From the IMG/VR virus record IMGVR_UViG_3300024322_000001: a stretch of 64,000 bases of DNA. The stretch is one strand, 5' to 3'. The position numbers and the translations under genes were made by a program. Of the stretch, positions 9,663-19,491 are shown piece by piece. Below the pieces are notes generated by a model. That model saw only the letters and a program-made list of their open reading frames with translations, was not told the DNA's origin and searched no databases. How positions within the stretch are numbered: the first letter of the stretch is position 1; each line of letters opens with the position of its first letter. The DNA comes from a virus (Duplodnaviria > Caudoviricetes).

Positions 9663-10248
9663 TTATCTGTTGATGATCTTTTTTTACTTCTGTGTTTATT
9701 TCTAAGTATTGACGCTTCACTAGTACTCCTATATTTTTATTATACTTAAGTACGTATTCTTTTTTATAGGTGTCTAAAAATTTATCAATTGCTAGTTTCA
9801 CACCAGGGAATTCTGAGTATCCTGTAGCTATTATTACTCCTCCTATATTTAGTTTATTATGAAGAGTATTCAAACTAAATAGCGTGCTTGAATAGCTAAC
9901 TAAATCTGTATGTATTACTGCAATTTTTTCTTTAGAAGCATAAGGCTTAGCTAGAGTATCTTCTACATATCCTTTCACTAACTTAACTTCTTTCTTTATA
10001 GTGTGCCTGATATCCATTGCGGGCTGAATAGGTCTTTTGTGACCTCCTTTGACGAATGCATTTTCGTCTTCTTTACTGGGTTCATTATATCCTTCGAATG
10101 AATCATATAATCGAATATTCCTTTTGCATGTATCGTTATTATTCATAAAAGAAATAAATTCAGTTAAGTGCTTACCTTTTCCGAATCCTAATTCAATAAA
10201 TGAACCTTTTACATTGTCTGCTAATTTAATTGCTTCTAAGTACCTCAT
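9655..10248 (-). CDS. TylF/MycF-family O-methyltransferase
   Basis: GSFIELGFGKG, LYDSFEG, LVKGYVEDTL and GGVII motifs. Confidence 0.75.
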   Translation of the reverse strand: MRYLEAIKLADNVKGSFIELGFGKGKHLTEFISFMNNNDTCKRNIRLYDSFEGYNEPSKEDENAFVKGGHKRPIQPAMDIRHTIKKEVKLVKGYVEDTLAKPYASKEKIAVIHTDLVSYSSTLFSLNTLHNKLNIGGVIIATGYSEFPGVKLAIDKFLDTYKKEYVLKYNKNIGVLVKRQYLEINTEVKKDHQQISW

Positions 10249-10262
10249 AATAATAAATAGGT

Positions 10263-10421
10263 TTATCTAGGATTTGGTACCAACCTGAATGTACAACCTG
10301 GTCTTCCATTAATTATAGGCATTCCGAACTCATCGTACTCTATAGTTTTTACTTTAGTTCTTTTATTTTTAAATCGACCTACCATTATAGTATCGCCAAC
10401 TTTAACATCTATTTTTATCAT
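10263..10421 (-). CDS. small hypothetical protein (52 aa)
   Basis: Own translation MIKIDVKVGDTIMVGRFKNKRTKVKTIEYDEFGMPIINGRPGCTFRLVPNPR. Confidence 0.6.
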   Translation of the reverse strand: MIKIDVKVGDTIMVGRFKNKRTKVKTIEYDEFGMPIINGRPGCTFRLVPNPR

Positions 10422-11041
10422 AATGTATCGTAATAAGCATTTTGTTTTTCTTGTCTCTCTATTGTTTTAGGATGAACTAAAGCTAAATCGTGGGAAGCAG
10501 GAAGTGGGGCATATGTTTTAAAACCTTCTAATCTTTCATGTACCTTATTAACCCATTTGATTGGAGGAACATTTCTCCATATCCTCCATTGGTAATCAGG
10601 CCAGTTGACTCTTCCTTCATCATCAATATTCCATCTCCATTTAGTAATATGTTCTTGTGTAAGTCCTTCAACTGTATTAATCCTAGGGACTAAAAAGACA
10701 TGGTTAGTTGGATTCATTTCTATTATTCCTGGGAGGTTAGAGAGTAGAACCTCATTAGGTATTTCATCTGCATCTATCTGGAAGATATAATCACCTGTAC
10801 AGTAAGAGGTAAGTTTATTTTTCCAGTTAGCAAAATGCCCTTCAAACTCTCCACTATGCCATCTAAATTCTCCATTTACTGAATGAGAGCGTAAATATTC
10901 TTCTACTGGTTTAGTACCTCCTTTACTGTCATATAATATAACAATCTCGTCCTCGAAACGTTTATATTCTAATAAAAAAGATACTAGACGTTGAATTTCT
11001 ACTATCTCGTTACAAACTGTTATTGCGTAACTAATTTTCAT
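10418..11041 (-). CDS. GT2 family glycosyltransferase
   Basis: YIFQIDADE, PDYQWR and VHERL motifs. Confidence 0.85.
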   Translation of the reverse strand: MKISYAITVCNEIVEIQRLVSFLLEYKRFEDEIVILYDSKGGTKPVEEYLRSHSVNGEFRWHSGEFEGHFANWKNKLTSYCTGDYIFQIDADEIPNEVLLSNLPGIIEMNPTNHVFLVPRINTVEGLTQEHITKWRWNIDDEGRVNWPDYQWRIWRNVPPIKWVNKVHERLEGFKTYAPLPASHDLALVHPKTIERQEKQNAYYDTL

Positions 11042-11883
11042 AGACTTAAAATATATTCTCTTAACCTATCTTTAGGAAACCATCCTAAACGATCTAATGC
11101 GTCGTTGTTTTCCCTTAATGTAATTCTATAATTACCGGATTGATCAGGTATAAACTTTGATTTAATGTCTGGATATCTTTCTTTAAACATTTCATAAACT
11201 TCATTAATAGAGTAATTTAGACCTGTTCCTAACTCCCAAGCGTCTTCATGAACTTCGTTTTTAAAACCTATACGGTATAAAGCTTCTACAATATTATCTA
11301 CGTGAGTGAAATCTCTTCTTTGTTCACCATCACCTACTATAGTAATCTTTTCTCCTTCTCTAACCTGTCTTCTCCATATACCTATTACTGCAGCCCAATC
11401 TCCATCCACGATTTCATTTGGACCGTAAACGTTATAGAATCTGGCAATTTCGATATCCATCCCGTATGTTTTCTTATACATTTTACATACCTCTTCTCCC
11501 ATGTACTTACAGCTAGCATAAGGTGATTGATATGGATCATGCCATTTAGAAGAAGATCCAGCATATACTACCTTTGCATTAGTCCTTCTTGCTAGTTCTA
11601 AAACCTGTTGAGTACCTAAAGTATTTACTCTATATGTTTCATTTGGATTATTAAAAGAAGGTTGTATTCTAGAAAGAGCGGCTAGATGAAATATTTTATC
11701 GTACTTACCTAACCTATTAGCAGTTTCGATATCTCCAATAATATAGTTACATTCACGATGTTCATTTTCTATGTTACCTGTAGAGTAATCATCTAACGAG
11801 TCTACATCATGCCCTTCTTCTAGAAGTTTCTTAATTAAATTACTCCCAATAAATCCTGCTCCGCCTGTAACTAATATTTTCAT
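11038..11883 (-). CDS. NAD-dependent nucleotide-sugar epimerase/dehydratase
   Basis: VTGGAGFIGS, YxxxK (YASCK), RFYNVYGP and RDFTHV motifs. Confidence 0.92.
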   Translation of the reverse strand: MKILVTGGAGFIGSNLIKKLLEEGHDVDSLDDYSTGNIENEHRECNYIIGDIETANRLGKYDKIFHLAALSRIQPSFNNPNETYRVNTLGTQQVLELARRTNAKVVYAGSSSKWHDPYQSPYASCKYMGEEVCKMYKKTYGMDIEIARFYNVYGPNEIVDGDWAAVIGIWRRQVREGEKITIVGDGEQRRDFTHVDNIVEALYRIGFKNEVHEDAWELGTGLNYSINEVYEMFKERYPDIKSKFIPDQSGNYRITLRENNDALDRLGWFPKDRLREYILSL

Positions 11884-11888
11884 GTTTT

Positions 11889-12359
11889 TTATTCTTGTGG
11901 TAGGCTAAAAAATCCAATCGATTCTAAAGCGTCCATAAAATCATCTTTATTATAAATTCTTTTATTTTTCATATCCATTCGAATAGTTTGATCAGCTGGA
12001 AAGTTAGAAGTTTTTCTATCTTCTTCGGTTATATTAACAGAATCAACTGCTGTCCAACTCCAGTTGTCTTTATCCGTACCGTCTATAAATACCATTCCTT
12101 TTGTAGGTAATGTTATTGTTGCTGGAAGCCATACTCTACCGTTTTTATCTTCATGCATTAGGTCTCTGTATAATTCCGGAGAAGATTCTATCGCATTATT
12201 AACTGCTGCACTTCCTTTTGTCATTACAGTAGAGGTTGTAAATCCACTGCCAAAGCAAAGCCATGTTGTTATCGTATCATTTGTGTTTCCGTCTACAATA
12301 GTTCGTTGGTAACATGCATTACTTCCGAATGGTCCTTCTACTAATTGATCTTTATCCAT
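11889..12359 (-). CDS. hypothetical protein
   Basis: 156-aa ORF within the operon. Confidence 0.7.
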   Translation of the reverse strand: MDKDQLVEGPFGSNACYQRTIVDGNTNDTITTWLCFGSGFTTSTVMTKGSAAVNNAIESSPELYRDLMHEDKNGRVWLPATITLPTKGMVFIDGTDKDNWSWTAVDSVNITEEDRKTSNFPADQTIRMDMKNKRIYNKDDFMDALESIGFFSLPQE

Positions 12360-13644
12360 CTATCTTTTGTAATTTAGGTAATTCTAATTTAGGTAATGTT
12401 AACTCTATTCTTTCAGGAGCCTTAATTGAATGTCCCTCTAAAAGTCTTTGAAGCTCTTTTACCATGTGGGTATAGGTAAAATTGTCTAGAGTATTTCGTC
12501 TCAGTTTTTTACTATTTTGAAGTTTAATCTTATACTTTTTAAAAGTTTCTTTATATGCTCTACTAACTTCTAAATCGTTAGGAGTAAACCAACTTGACTC
12601 AGGTAATATTATCTTCTCTACTGCTGCTGATGGGTGTACCTTATCTAAGCTACCGCCAACTAATGTAGTAAGTTCAGGTTTTAAAAAGTCTGTATGTCCT
12701 GACCATCCGGATGCTATAATTGGTTTACCTGTTGTAGTAAATTCAAGAAGAGGTCTGCCAAATCCTTCTCCTTTGGTATGGCTAACCATTACCTTTACTT
12801 TAGAATGGTTATACAATTCATTCATTTGATCATCAGATATTTCACCGTGTATCAAGTATATATTAGGTAACCTACCTTTTACAGTTTTTCTAATTTTATC
12901 TATTCTATCCAGTACTCTTTCTCTATCCATTATTGAGGTAGTAGACGTATGGCATTTTAAAATTAGTGCAGGAGGGTTTTGTTTATTTTTAAAATGCTCT
13001 AAGAAAGATTTAATAGTATAGGCTACATTTTTTCTATCGTGCCCAAAGTCACCTTGCATCCAATGCCCTACGAATAGGTAACAGAAACTCTCTTTGATTT
13101 CTGCTAGTTGTTCACTAAGTTCAGTCTTAGTTACAGATTTAGTACTGTATTGTTCTATATCTACTCCTTCGAAGAGGACTTCTATAGGAGTTTCAGCCTT
13201 TACGACCTTAACTACTTGGTTAGTATTCTTATCTCTACCTTCAAAAGATGAATTTAAAATTACATCCTTAGAGTGTTGAGATGAAGTAAGAATCAAATTC
13301 ATTCTATTTACTCCCTCTACCCATGTGTGATGCATTAGGTTAGTTTCTACTGTTGCAGTAACTCCTATATTAAAGTTACCTACCGGTTGAAATTCATTCG
13401 GTATAGTAATTTGTATCCATACATCTGGCTTAGCATTTAAACCTGGTATAATTCTACTATACAAGTCATCTTCCTTGTGGTCTTGAAGATATCCAAATCT
13501 GGTATTACCCCAGCGTTGAGATAATATTTTTACGTCCCATTCTGGTTTAGACTCTATTAGTGCTTTGACGAAGTCTCTACTTCTTGCTCCATAACCTGAG
13601 TAGGTATCTGCTGGGCAACTAACTACACAATTTAATTTACTCAT
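12352..13644 (-). CDS. GT4 (GT-B) glycosyltransferase
   Basis: SGYG, RKN and GEGFGRPLLEF...PIIASGWSGH motifs. Confidence 0.88.
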   Translation of the reverse strand: MSKLNCVVSCPADTYSGYGARSRDFVKALIESKPEWDVKILSQRWGNTRFGYLQDHKEDDLYSRIIPGLNAKPDVWIQITIPNEFQPVGNFNIGVTATVETNLMHHTWVEGVNRMNLILTSSQHSKDVILNSSFEGRDKNTNQVVKVVKAETPIEVLFEGVDIEQYSTKSVTKTELSEQLAEIKESFCYLFVGHWMQGDFGHDRKNVAYTIKSFLEHFKNKQNPPALILKCHTSTTSIMDRERVLDRIDKIRKTVKGRLPNIYLIHGEISDDQMNELYNHSKVKVMVSHTKGEGFGRPLLEFTTTGKPIIASGWSGHTDFLKPELTTLVGGSLDKVHPSAAVEKIILPESSWFTPNDLEVSRAYKETFKKYKIKLQNSKKLRRNTLDNFTYTHMVKELQRLLEGHSIKAPERIELTLPKLELPKLQKIDG

Positions 13645-13645
13645 C

Positions 13646-15085
13646 TTAATATCCTGTTAATTTATGTTCAATATATTTACTTGGTCTTTCATCTATATGA
13701 ATAAACTCAAAAGCTGGTCTAGGAGTGAATGTATCTATAGTTTCATCTACGTATTTAATAATAGAGTTACTCATATGTTCACCTGTAAAGCTTGCTTCCT
13801 TAGATGTAGCCCATACTCTTCCTTTTTCTCCTCTAGCAATTCTTTCCTCTCTAGGTATTTCATATACCTTAACTAGAGCATCTGCTACGTCTTCCGGTGA
13901 TACTCTATCGTCAAATATGTAAGGAGTAGGTACTGAACCTGCTAAAGATATATTGCTTGGGAATACCGGCATAGCCCAGTCCCCACATTTTTTATAGGTA
14001 CCTCTATGGTTTGATGGAAAATCAGGTGATAAATCTAGCCAATCGCCGTTCTCATCTTCAAATCTCATTTGATCTTGCATTCCTCCGGTTACTGCCCCTA
14101 TTATCATTGTACCTGTTACTAAAGATTCAGTTAAAGATAACCCCCATCCTTCGTTAGATGAGATTAACATAGTAACGTCTGCTAAGTTATATAGCCCGTT
14201 CATCTGTGCAGGTGTAAGCTTTGTAGTTGAGAACAGAACATTAACATAAGAGGGATCACATAATGCTTCTTTTACTGCTCTTAAGTCCGTTCCGTGTTGA
14301 TCTGCTACTGCAGTGTGCATAACCAGCACACATTTAGAAGCTGCTTCTTTACCAATTTTATCACAGAACATTCTATACGATAAGATTACATCTCCTGGTC
14401 TCTTTCTTTGTATATTTCTAGAATTAAAGAACACTACATATTCATAATCTTGACCCATCAGTACCTCTTCCTTAAATTTTATATAGTCTTTACTATTTTT
14501 GTCTAAAGGTTTAAATTGATCAGTATTAATTCCATGAGGAACGTAAGCAGAAAGTTTATCTTTATAATCGTCTTGAAGTACAATTTCATTAATAACTTTT
14601 GTTTGTTTTGAAATTGCTAATAGTGCATCTACTGAATTGTAGTACTGTTTGTTGTACATAGGAGCTGGATAATCATCCCAAATGTTTAACCAAACGATTG
14701 GTATTTGGCTTCTGATTTCTCTTTCTATTTCGAATAACCAGGTCCAGTATCTAGGGTCTGTAAATATAAAAATAGCGTCAGGCTTTTCATCTTTAATAAT
14801 CTGTCTAACTGTTTTAACATCTCCATAACCGTTATTTGGTCTTAGCCTAACGTCACTATCTTCTATGCCGATTTGCTTATTAACATCACTAGAAATATTT
14901 AATACTTTTCCTGTGTCTCCATGTTTAACTGCTGCTGCTAATTGAAACCAATTAAAATGGTGAGCTGATCCAATAACAAATTCTCGTGCCATTGTTGCGA
15001 TTCCTGAATGCATTCTGATATCATCACATAACAGAAGAACTTTCTTACGATCTTCTTTTGGTATATAACCTAACTTATTTGTCAT
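13646..15085 (-). CDS. GT4 (GT-B) glycosyltransferase
   Basis: VPHGI, RNIQRK and NEGWGLSLTES motifs. Confidence 0.88.
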   Translation of the reverse strand: MTNKLGYIPKEDRKKVLLLCDDIRMHSGIATMAREFVIGSAHHFNWFQLAAAVKHGDTGKVLNISSDVNKQIGIEDSDVRLRPNNGYGDVKTVRQIIKDEKPDAIFIFTDPRYWTWLFEIEREIRSQIPIVWLNIWDDYPAPMYNKQYYNSVDALLAISKQTKVINEIVLQDDYKDKLSAYVPHGINTDQFKPLDKNSKDYIKFKEEVLMGQDYEYVVFFNSRNIQRKRPGDVILSYRMFCDKIGKEAASKCVLVMHTAVADQHGTDLRAVKEALCDPSYVNVLFSTTKLTPAQMNGLYNLADVTMLISSNEGWGLSLTESLVTGTMIIGAVTGGMQDQMRFEDENGDWLDLSPDFPSNHRGTYKKCGDWAMPVFPSNISLAGSVPTPYIFDDRVSPEDVADALVKVYEIPREERIARGEKGRVWATSKEASFTGEHMSNSIIKYVDETIDTFTPRPAFEFIHIDERPSKYIEHKLTGY

Positions 15086-15275
15086 CTACTTTTTTTATTA
15101 TAATATTATTTTGTTTATGTATTTGCTCTCTAAAGTCTTTATCAGTAAGATAAAGAAAAATTGCCCGATCGGCAAGCTTTTTGAAAGAAAAATTATGCCG
15201 TAAGCAGCTCATTTTAAACTCATCAAAGAGGGGTTGAGTAATTTTGACTGATGTCAATTTTTCATTTTTTCTCAT
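15075..15275 (-). CDS. ribbon-helix-helix-like DNA-binding protein
   Basis: KLTSVKI strand followed by two helices ending RAIFLYL. Confidence 0.5.
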   Translation of the reverse strand: MRKNEKLTSVKITQPLFDEFKMSCLRHNFSFKKLADRAIFLYLTDKDFREQIHKQNNIIIKKVDDK

Positions 15276-15323
15276 AACTTAATTTATATATTTATATACT
15301 TATATATTATAAATAGCTTATGT

Positions 15324-16292
15324 TCACAAAACAGCATCTGGGCATATTCTCATCTTTTTAAAAGCACAGAACATACAGGAACTTTTAGAAGGAGTCGTTG
15401 GATATTCTTTATCAATATACTCTCCATTTGTATCAACTGCATTTTCTACAAAATGCTCCATTAAATTTACTGCTTGTTTTACCTTTCTAGTTCCTGCTGT
15501 TGGTCTAAATTCTTGAACTCTTCTCTGCATTGATGCAAATTCAGCTTCTACAGGAACTCTTCTTTTTACTATAAAGTATTCTACCTCAATTTTTTCAATA
15601 GGAATATTAAATTGCTCACTAAAAAACTTTTTATAAAGTAAAATTTGAGAAATTCTCTTATCGTCTTTTTTTGCATAGGCATTCCATCCTGATGTTGAAG
15701 TTTTGATATCTACAATTTTCCACATATCAACCCTATCATCGTAAAATATTAAGTCAACAAATCCTTTAAACATAACTCCAGGACGTAACTCCTGGTATAG
15801 TAACGTCTCTACTCCTGCTAAATGAACACCTTTAGTACCGAAGTAAGCTCTACGTTTACTCTTTATAAATTTCAATATATGTTTTCCGTCAATCCAGAAT
15901 AAATTTAACTCTTCTGGTGTAGAGAAATTTTCGTGTCCATTCTGTGCTCTTGTAGCTTTATAAGCTTTTATCATATTATCATAAAGTAACTTATCTAAAT
16001 CCATTTCGTTAGCAGTTTTTACTTTATCATGATATAGAACCTCTAAGTAAGTCTGTAATGTTTCATGAAAGGCAGTACCGAATACTGCATGAATAGAAGC
16101 TTGGTAGGGTGCTAGCTTTTTAACATAAGTTAAATACCATTGCTTTTGACAGCTAGCAAAAGAAGAAAGTTGAGAATAAGAAATATGTTTATTACTCCTT
16201 GGTGATTGCTTCAATTTACTTTCCCAAACCTCTTTCACTAAAGGGTTAGCCTTCTTTTTAACCCCTTCAGGGTAAATCTTTTTTGCTGGCAT
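15324..16292 (-). CDS. PD-(D/E)XK nuclease (RecB/Cas4-like exonuclease)
   Basis: ISYSQ...C, GTAFHE, GFVDLI, IVDIKTS, QILLY and C-terminal CxxC...C motifs. Confidence 0.88.
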   Translation of the reverse strand: MPAKKIYPEGVKKKANPLVKEVWESKLKQSPRSNKHISYSQLSSFASCQKQWYLTYVKKLAPYQASIHAVFGTAFHETLQTYLEVLYHDKVKTANEMDLDKLLYDNMIKAYKATRAQNGHENFSTPEELNLFWIDGKHILKFIKSKRRAYFGTKGVHLAGVETLLYQELRPGVMFKGFVDLIFYDDRVDMWKIVDIKTSTSGWNAYAKKDDKRISQILLYKKFFSEQFNIPIEKIEVEYFIVKRRVPVEAEFASMQRRVQEFRPTAGTRKVKQAVNLMEHFVENAVDTNGEYIDKEYPTTPSKSSCMFCAFKKMRICPDAVL

Positions 16293-16664
16293 CTAATCGT
16301 TTTTCCACATACCTCTCTTAACTAACTGAGCAATAATTCCGTAGTTAGTAATATCCTGAAAGGTATCTATTATAGTTTCATTTTGAGCTTTTCGTCCAGA
16401 TATAATCATATTCTTCCATCGATTTATTTTATCTGATATTCTATACCAAAGCCCGGTCATGGCAAATTCTACCTCATCAGCTGTATCTAAATTAGTTCCT
16501 GCTGTTACATTATGCATTCCGTAATCTAAATGTTTCCTAGCAAAGAGTTCAAATTGCTCTTCTACAATTTCTCTATAACCATTATAGATTGTAGGATACT
16601 CATCTTTTAAAATTTCTCTTGCTGATGGAGGATTCTTAGCATTCATTATTTCTCTGTCGCTCAT
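16293..16664 (-). CDS. DUF1599 / nucleotide-modification-associated domain 1 protein
   Basis: KHLDYG...RISDKINR...ETIIDTFQDITNYGII motifs. Confidence 0.75.
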   Translation of the reverse strand: MSDREIMNAKNPPSAREILKDEYPTIYNGYREIVEEQFELFARKHLDYGMHNVTAGTNLDTADEVEFAMTGLWYRISDKINRWKNMIISGRKAQNETIIDTFQDITNYGIIAQLVKRGMWKND

Positions 16665-16909
16665 GTTGTAGATGTATTTTCAGTGATTAGATCCTTTGTA
16701 TAACTTGTAGAGAAGTATTTCTCTATTGTTGTTAATCTATCATCTGCGTCTACTAACATAGCAAGAGCTTCTTCAGCATTTTTATAGAAATCTAAAGTAG
16801 AATGATCTCCAATACCTACTGCTTTGTTGTTTAATAAATCTAAGGAAAGCAAAGCTTTTGCTTTATCTGCTTCAGCGGTCTTGCGAAGCATAGTAACTAA
16901 TTTACTCAT
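16661..16909 (-). CDS. hypothetical phage protein
   Basis: 82-aa ORF with a VGIGDHS motif; promoter motif at 16942-16973. Confidence 0.65.
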   Translation of the reverse strand: MSKLVTMLRKTAEADKAKALLSLDLLNNKAVGIGDHSTLDFYKNAEEALAMLVDADDRLTTIEKYFSTSYTKDLITENTSTT

Positions 16910-16996
16910 ATGACTAATTTTATTATAACTTATTATTTATATAAAGATACGAAATATTATTTGATTAACCAACAGATACTATATGAAATTTATATC

Positions 16997-18142
16997 CTAG
17001 AGGTACCTTATAGTTAAATCATCTTTAGGAACTTTTTTTGTACTACCATCACTAAACAGCACCCTATGATTTGTTGGTCCTTTTTGTAATATACGAACTG
17101 GGTTTACTACGCCATCGTAGTGTTCACCTTCGTTGCCGTTTTGACCAATGATTTCCATCCTCTTCTCATCGTCTTCATTATATGAATCAAGCGGTTTTGG
17201 TTTTACTATTTCAGCATCTACTTCTATATCATTAATCGTATATTGAGAATCAGGTTCAACCTTATTATCATCATACGGAACATCATCCCAAAGGTCAGGT
17301 TCAATATCATCTTCATATTCATTATAAAGATTCTTTCTGTTTGCCTGATCGAATGCAAAGTTTGCTGCAACGACTAAAGATATAGCTAAAGGGTCAAATA
17401 CGAATATTATTATAAGTAAAAGAACATTTATAATTTTATCCATAGGGTAGCCTGTAAGTCCGGAAAGGTACTGAAGTGGGCCTAATTCTCCTGCTACTTC
17501 AAAATTATTATCTAATTCTAATATCTTTAATTGAAACTTCTGTAAGCTATCTGCTGCTACTGTCCTTTTAGCTTGAACAGCTTTCCTATTTTCTTCTTCA
17601 GATGCAATACGATTTTGTGCAAGTCTAAGCTCTGCAGTCGATATTGTGGTTCTAACGCCTCCAACCACCGAGGTGTCTCGTATCTGGATTTGTTGAGACC
17701 TAGCATTGGAAAGAGTGCTAATGTTATTAGAAATTCTTTCAAGTTCTTGATCGTACCTAAGAACATCTTTTTCATAGAAATTTTTCTTTTGTTCTAAAAA
17801 TGAAGTTTCATTTTCCTTAATAGTTAGTTGACGATAAGTATCTTGATAAGCAGCACTTAAAAATCCGTATATACCCATACTAGTAATAATTACTAATATT
17901 ACAGCAGCTACTGTAAGATACGTTCTGAGGTATTTATTTATGGTATCCCAATAGCGGTATAAGAGTGAAGCTATAACTAACTTTGCTACTTCTAATGATC
18001 CGGCCATAATTATAACCTCAAAAGAAGCACCAGCAAAAAGTTTGCTAAGACCGCTAACAGAATAGAAAGCGGCCGAAGCAGATACTGACAGGGCAGAAAT
18101 CGCTATTAAAGCTGGGAGTATATTCCTCTTAATACTTTTCAT
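16997..18142 (-). CDS. multi-pass membrane protein with coiled coil
   Basis: Three N-terminal hydrophobic segments, a long coiled coil, a further TM segment (IIIFVFDPLA) and an acidic tail. Confidence 0.7.
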   Translation of the reverse strand: MKSIKRNILPALIAISALSVSASAAFYSVSGLSKLFAGASFEVIIMAGSLEVAKLVIASLLYRYWDTINKYLRTYLTVAAVILVIITSMGIYGFLSAAYQDTYRQLTIKENETSFLEQKKNFYEKDVLRYDQELERISNNISTLSNARSQQIQIRDTSVVGGVRTTISTAELRLAQNRIASEEENRKAVQAKRTVAADSLQKFQLKILELDNNFEVAGELGPLQYLSGLTGYPMDKIINVLLLIIIFVFDPLAISLVVAANFAFDQANRKNLYNEYEDDIEPDLWDDVPYDDNKVEPDSQYTINDIEVDAEIVKPKPLDSYNEDDEKRMEIIGQNGNEGEHYDGVVNPVRILQKGPTNHRVLFSDGSTKKVPKDDLTIRYL

Positions 18143-18570
18143 TACTTTATAATTAGTATACCTATTGCTGCTGCACCTATATATGTACCTATTTTATAAA
18201 GCTTTGTTTTATTTTTTTGCTTTCTAAGTGCTGTTTCTAACTCTAAGGAAAGTTCTTCTTGTTTATTAAATTTAGATTTCTCTTGTATTAATAAGCTATC
18301 GTAGTTAGCTATTTGTAATTCTAAATTTGTAACTAAAGTTGTTTGAGTAGTTAGTTTGTTATTAGTTTCCGATAACAGATTCTGTACAGTCTTAAGTTCA
18401 GTACTAAGTCCGTCTCCTTTAATTAAATCCTTTATTACTAATCTCGCTACAGGCTTAGTTAATTGTATCTTTGTGCTGTCCTTTGATTTCGAGGTATCGC
18501 TCTGCGAAAAAACGCTCAAGTTCATCATCACCAAAGCTATCAACAGCATCAATTTTCTGTTTAGTCTCAT
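18142..18570 (-). CDS. exported coiled-coil protein with C-terminal hydrophobic anchor (spanin-like)
   Basis: Signal peptide ending VFS-Q, coiled coil, C-terminal YIGAAAIGILII. Start placed at MRLNRK (uncertain). Overlaps the upstream gene. Confidence 0.5.
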   Translation of the reverse strand: MRLNRKLMLLIALVMMNLSVFSQSDTSKSKDSTKIQLTKPVARLVIKDLIKGDGLSTELKTVQNLLSETNNKLTTQTTLVTNLELQIANYDSLLIQEKSKFNKQEELSLELETALRKQKNKTKLYKIGTYIGAAAIGILIIK

Positions 18571-18829
18571 ATTGTATGTAGTCAATTTTAGCATTTAAGT
18601 TATCAATTTTAACATCGTACTCAGATAGTTTTGTATTAAGTGAATCAGCTTCTACTTTTAAAGTATTATTCTGACTACTGATAGAATCTATCTTCTGTTG
18701 CAAAAGGTTGATTTCTGTTTTATAGGAATCTATATCAACAGATATATCTCCTTTTCCAAAAATAACGTAACCTACTCCAAGTCCTAAAATAGCCCAAAAC
18801 AGGTACGTTTGTAAGTGCTTCGTCTTCAT
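18455..18829 (-). CDS. i-spanin-like membrane-anchored coiled-coil protein
   Basis: Single N-terminal TM segment plus coiled coil; lies downstream of the putative endolysin. Confidence 0.5.
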   Translation of the reverse strand: MKTKHLQTYLFWAILGLGVGYVIFGKGDISVDIDSYKTEINLLQQKIDSISSQNNTLKVEADSLNTKLSEYDVKIDNLNAKIDYIQYETKQKIDAVDSFGDDELERFFAERYLEIKGQHKDTIN

Positions 18830-18856
18830 ATAACTAATATAAGAAAAAAAAAGTTC

Positions 18857-19468
18857 TTAGGCAACTATATCGTCACTTTCTAATAAAGTGTATGTAAATG
18901 AGTTACCCCAAACTTCTCTTGCTGTTTGACAAATATCTAAAAATTGATGCCAATCATCATTGTCTGCTATTACTTGGCAACCTGCAGACCATTTGTCTAC
19001 TCTTATTGATTTACCGCCTGATCTTCCTGTAGCTCTATGAATATTAATTCCAAATAATCCTTCATCTACATTTTCTTCTAATAGATCATATTTTCCATCT
19101 CTATTATTATCTCTGTAAACTTTGACTAATTCTTTTTGCCCTAAAGCTAAATATTTACCAGCATGTAATCTTAATTTATGAGAACCTCTATATTGACCAG
19201 GTTTTAATATTGCTACTCCTTTTTCATTCATTAAGTTTTGCTCCCAATGTGAACCGGGATCTGTGGTAGCTTGATAGCAGTGAAATTTCCATTCACCATC
19301 CTCTTTGTAAGAAATAGTAATACAATCATCAAAAGCATTAGTTACTCTGCCTTTAGTTTTTGAATTTCTAACTCCAATAATGTTTACGTCCCAATCGCCT
19401 CCAGTAAAGTACTTATATCCTTTACTTTCCATAGCGGTTTGGATCTGTTCTCTAGTATAACAACTCAT
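18857..19468 (-). CDS. putative endolysin / L,D-transpeptidase (YkuD)-like peptidoglycan enzyme
   Basis: GINIHRA...WSAGCQV resembles the HxxxSxGC catalytic motif; lies between holin-like and spanin-like genes. Confidence 0.6.
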   Translation of the reverse strand: MSCYTREQIQTAMESKGYKYFTGGDWDVNIIGVRNSKTKGRVTNAFDDCITISYKEDGEWKFHCYQATTDPGSHWEQNLMNEKGVAILKPGQYRGSHKLRLHAGKYLALGQKELVKVYRDNNRDGKYDLLEENVDEGLFGINIHRATGRSGGKSIRVDKWSAGCQVIADNDDWHQFLDICQTAREVWGNSFTYTLLESDDIVA

Positions 19469-19491
19469 ATATTTTTACTTTTAATCTTTTT

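Noticed and set aside
15161-15175. Palindrome TTGCC-CGATC-GGCAA within the RHH-like gene as an operator
   Set aside because: Short, intragenic and not seen repeated elsewhere.
15324-16292. Cas4-like nuclease as evidence of CRISPR-Cas
   Set aside because: No array or other cas genes in the window; stand-alone PD-(D/E)XK nucleases are common in phages.
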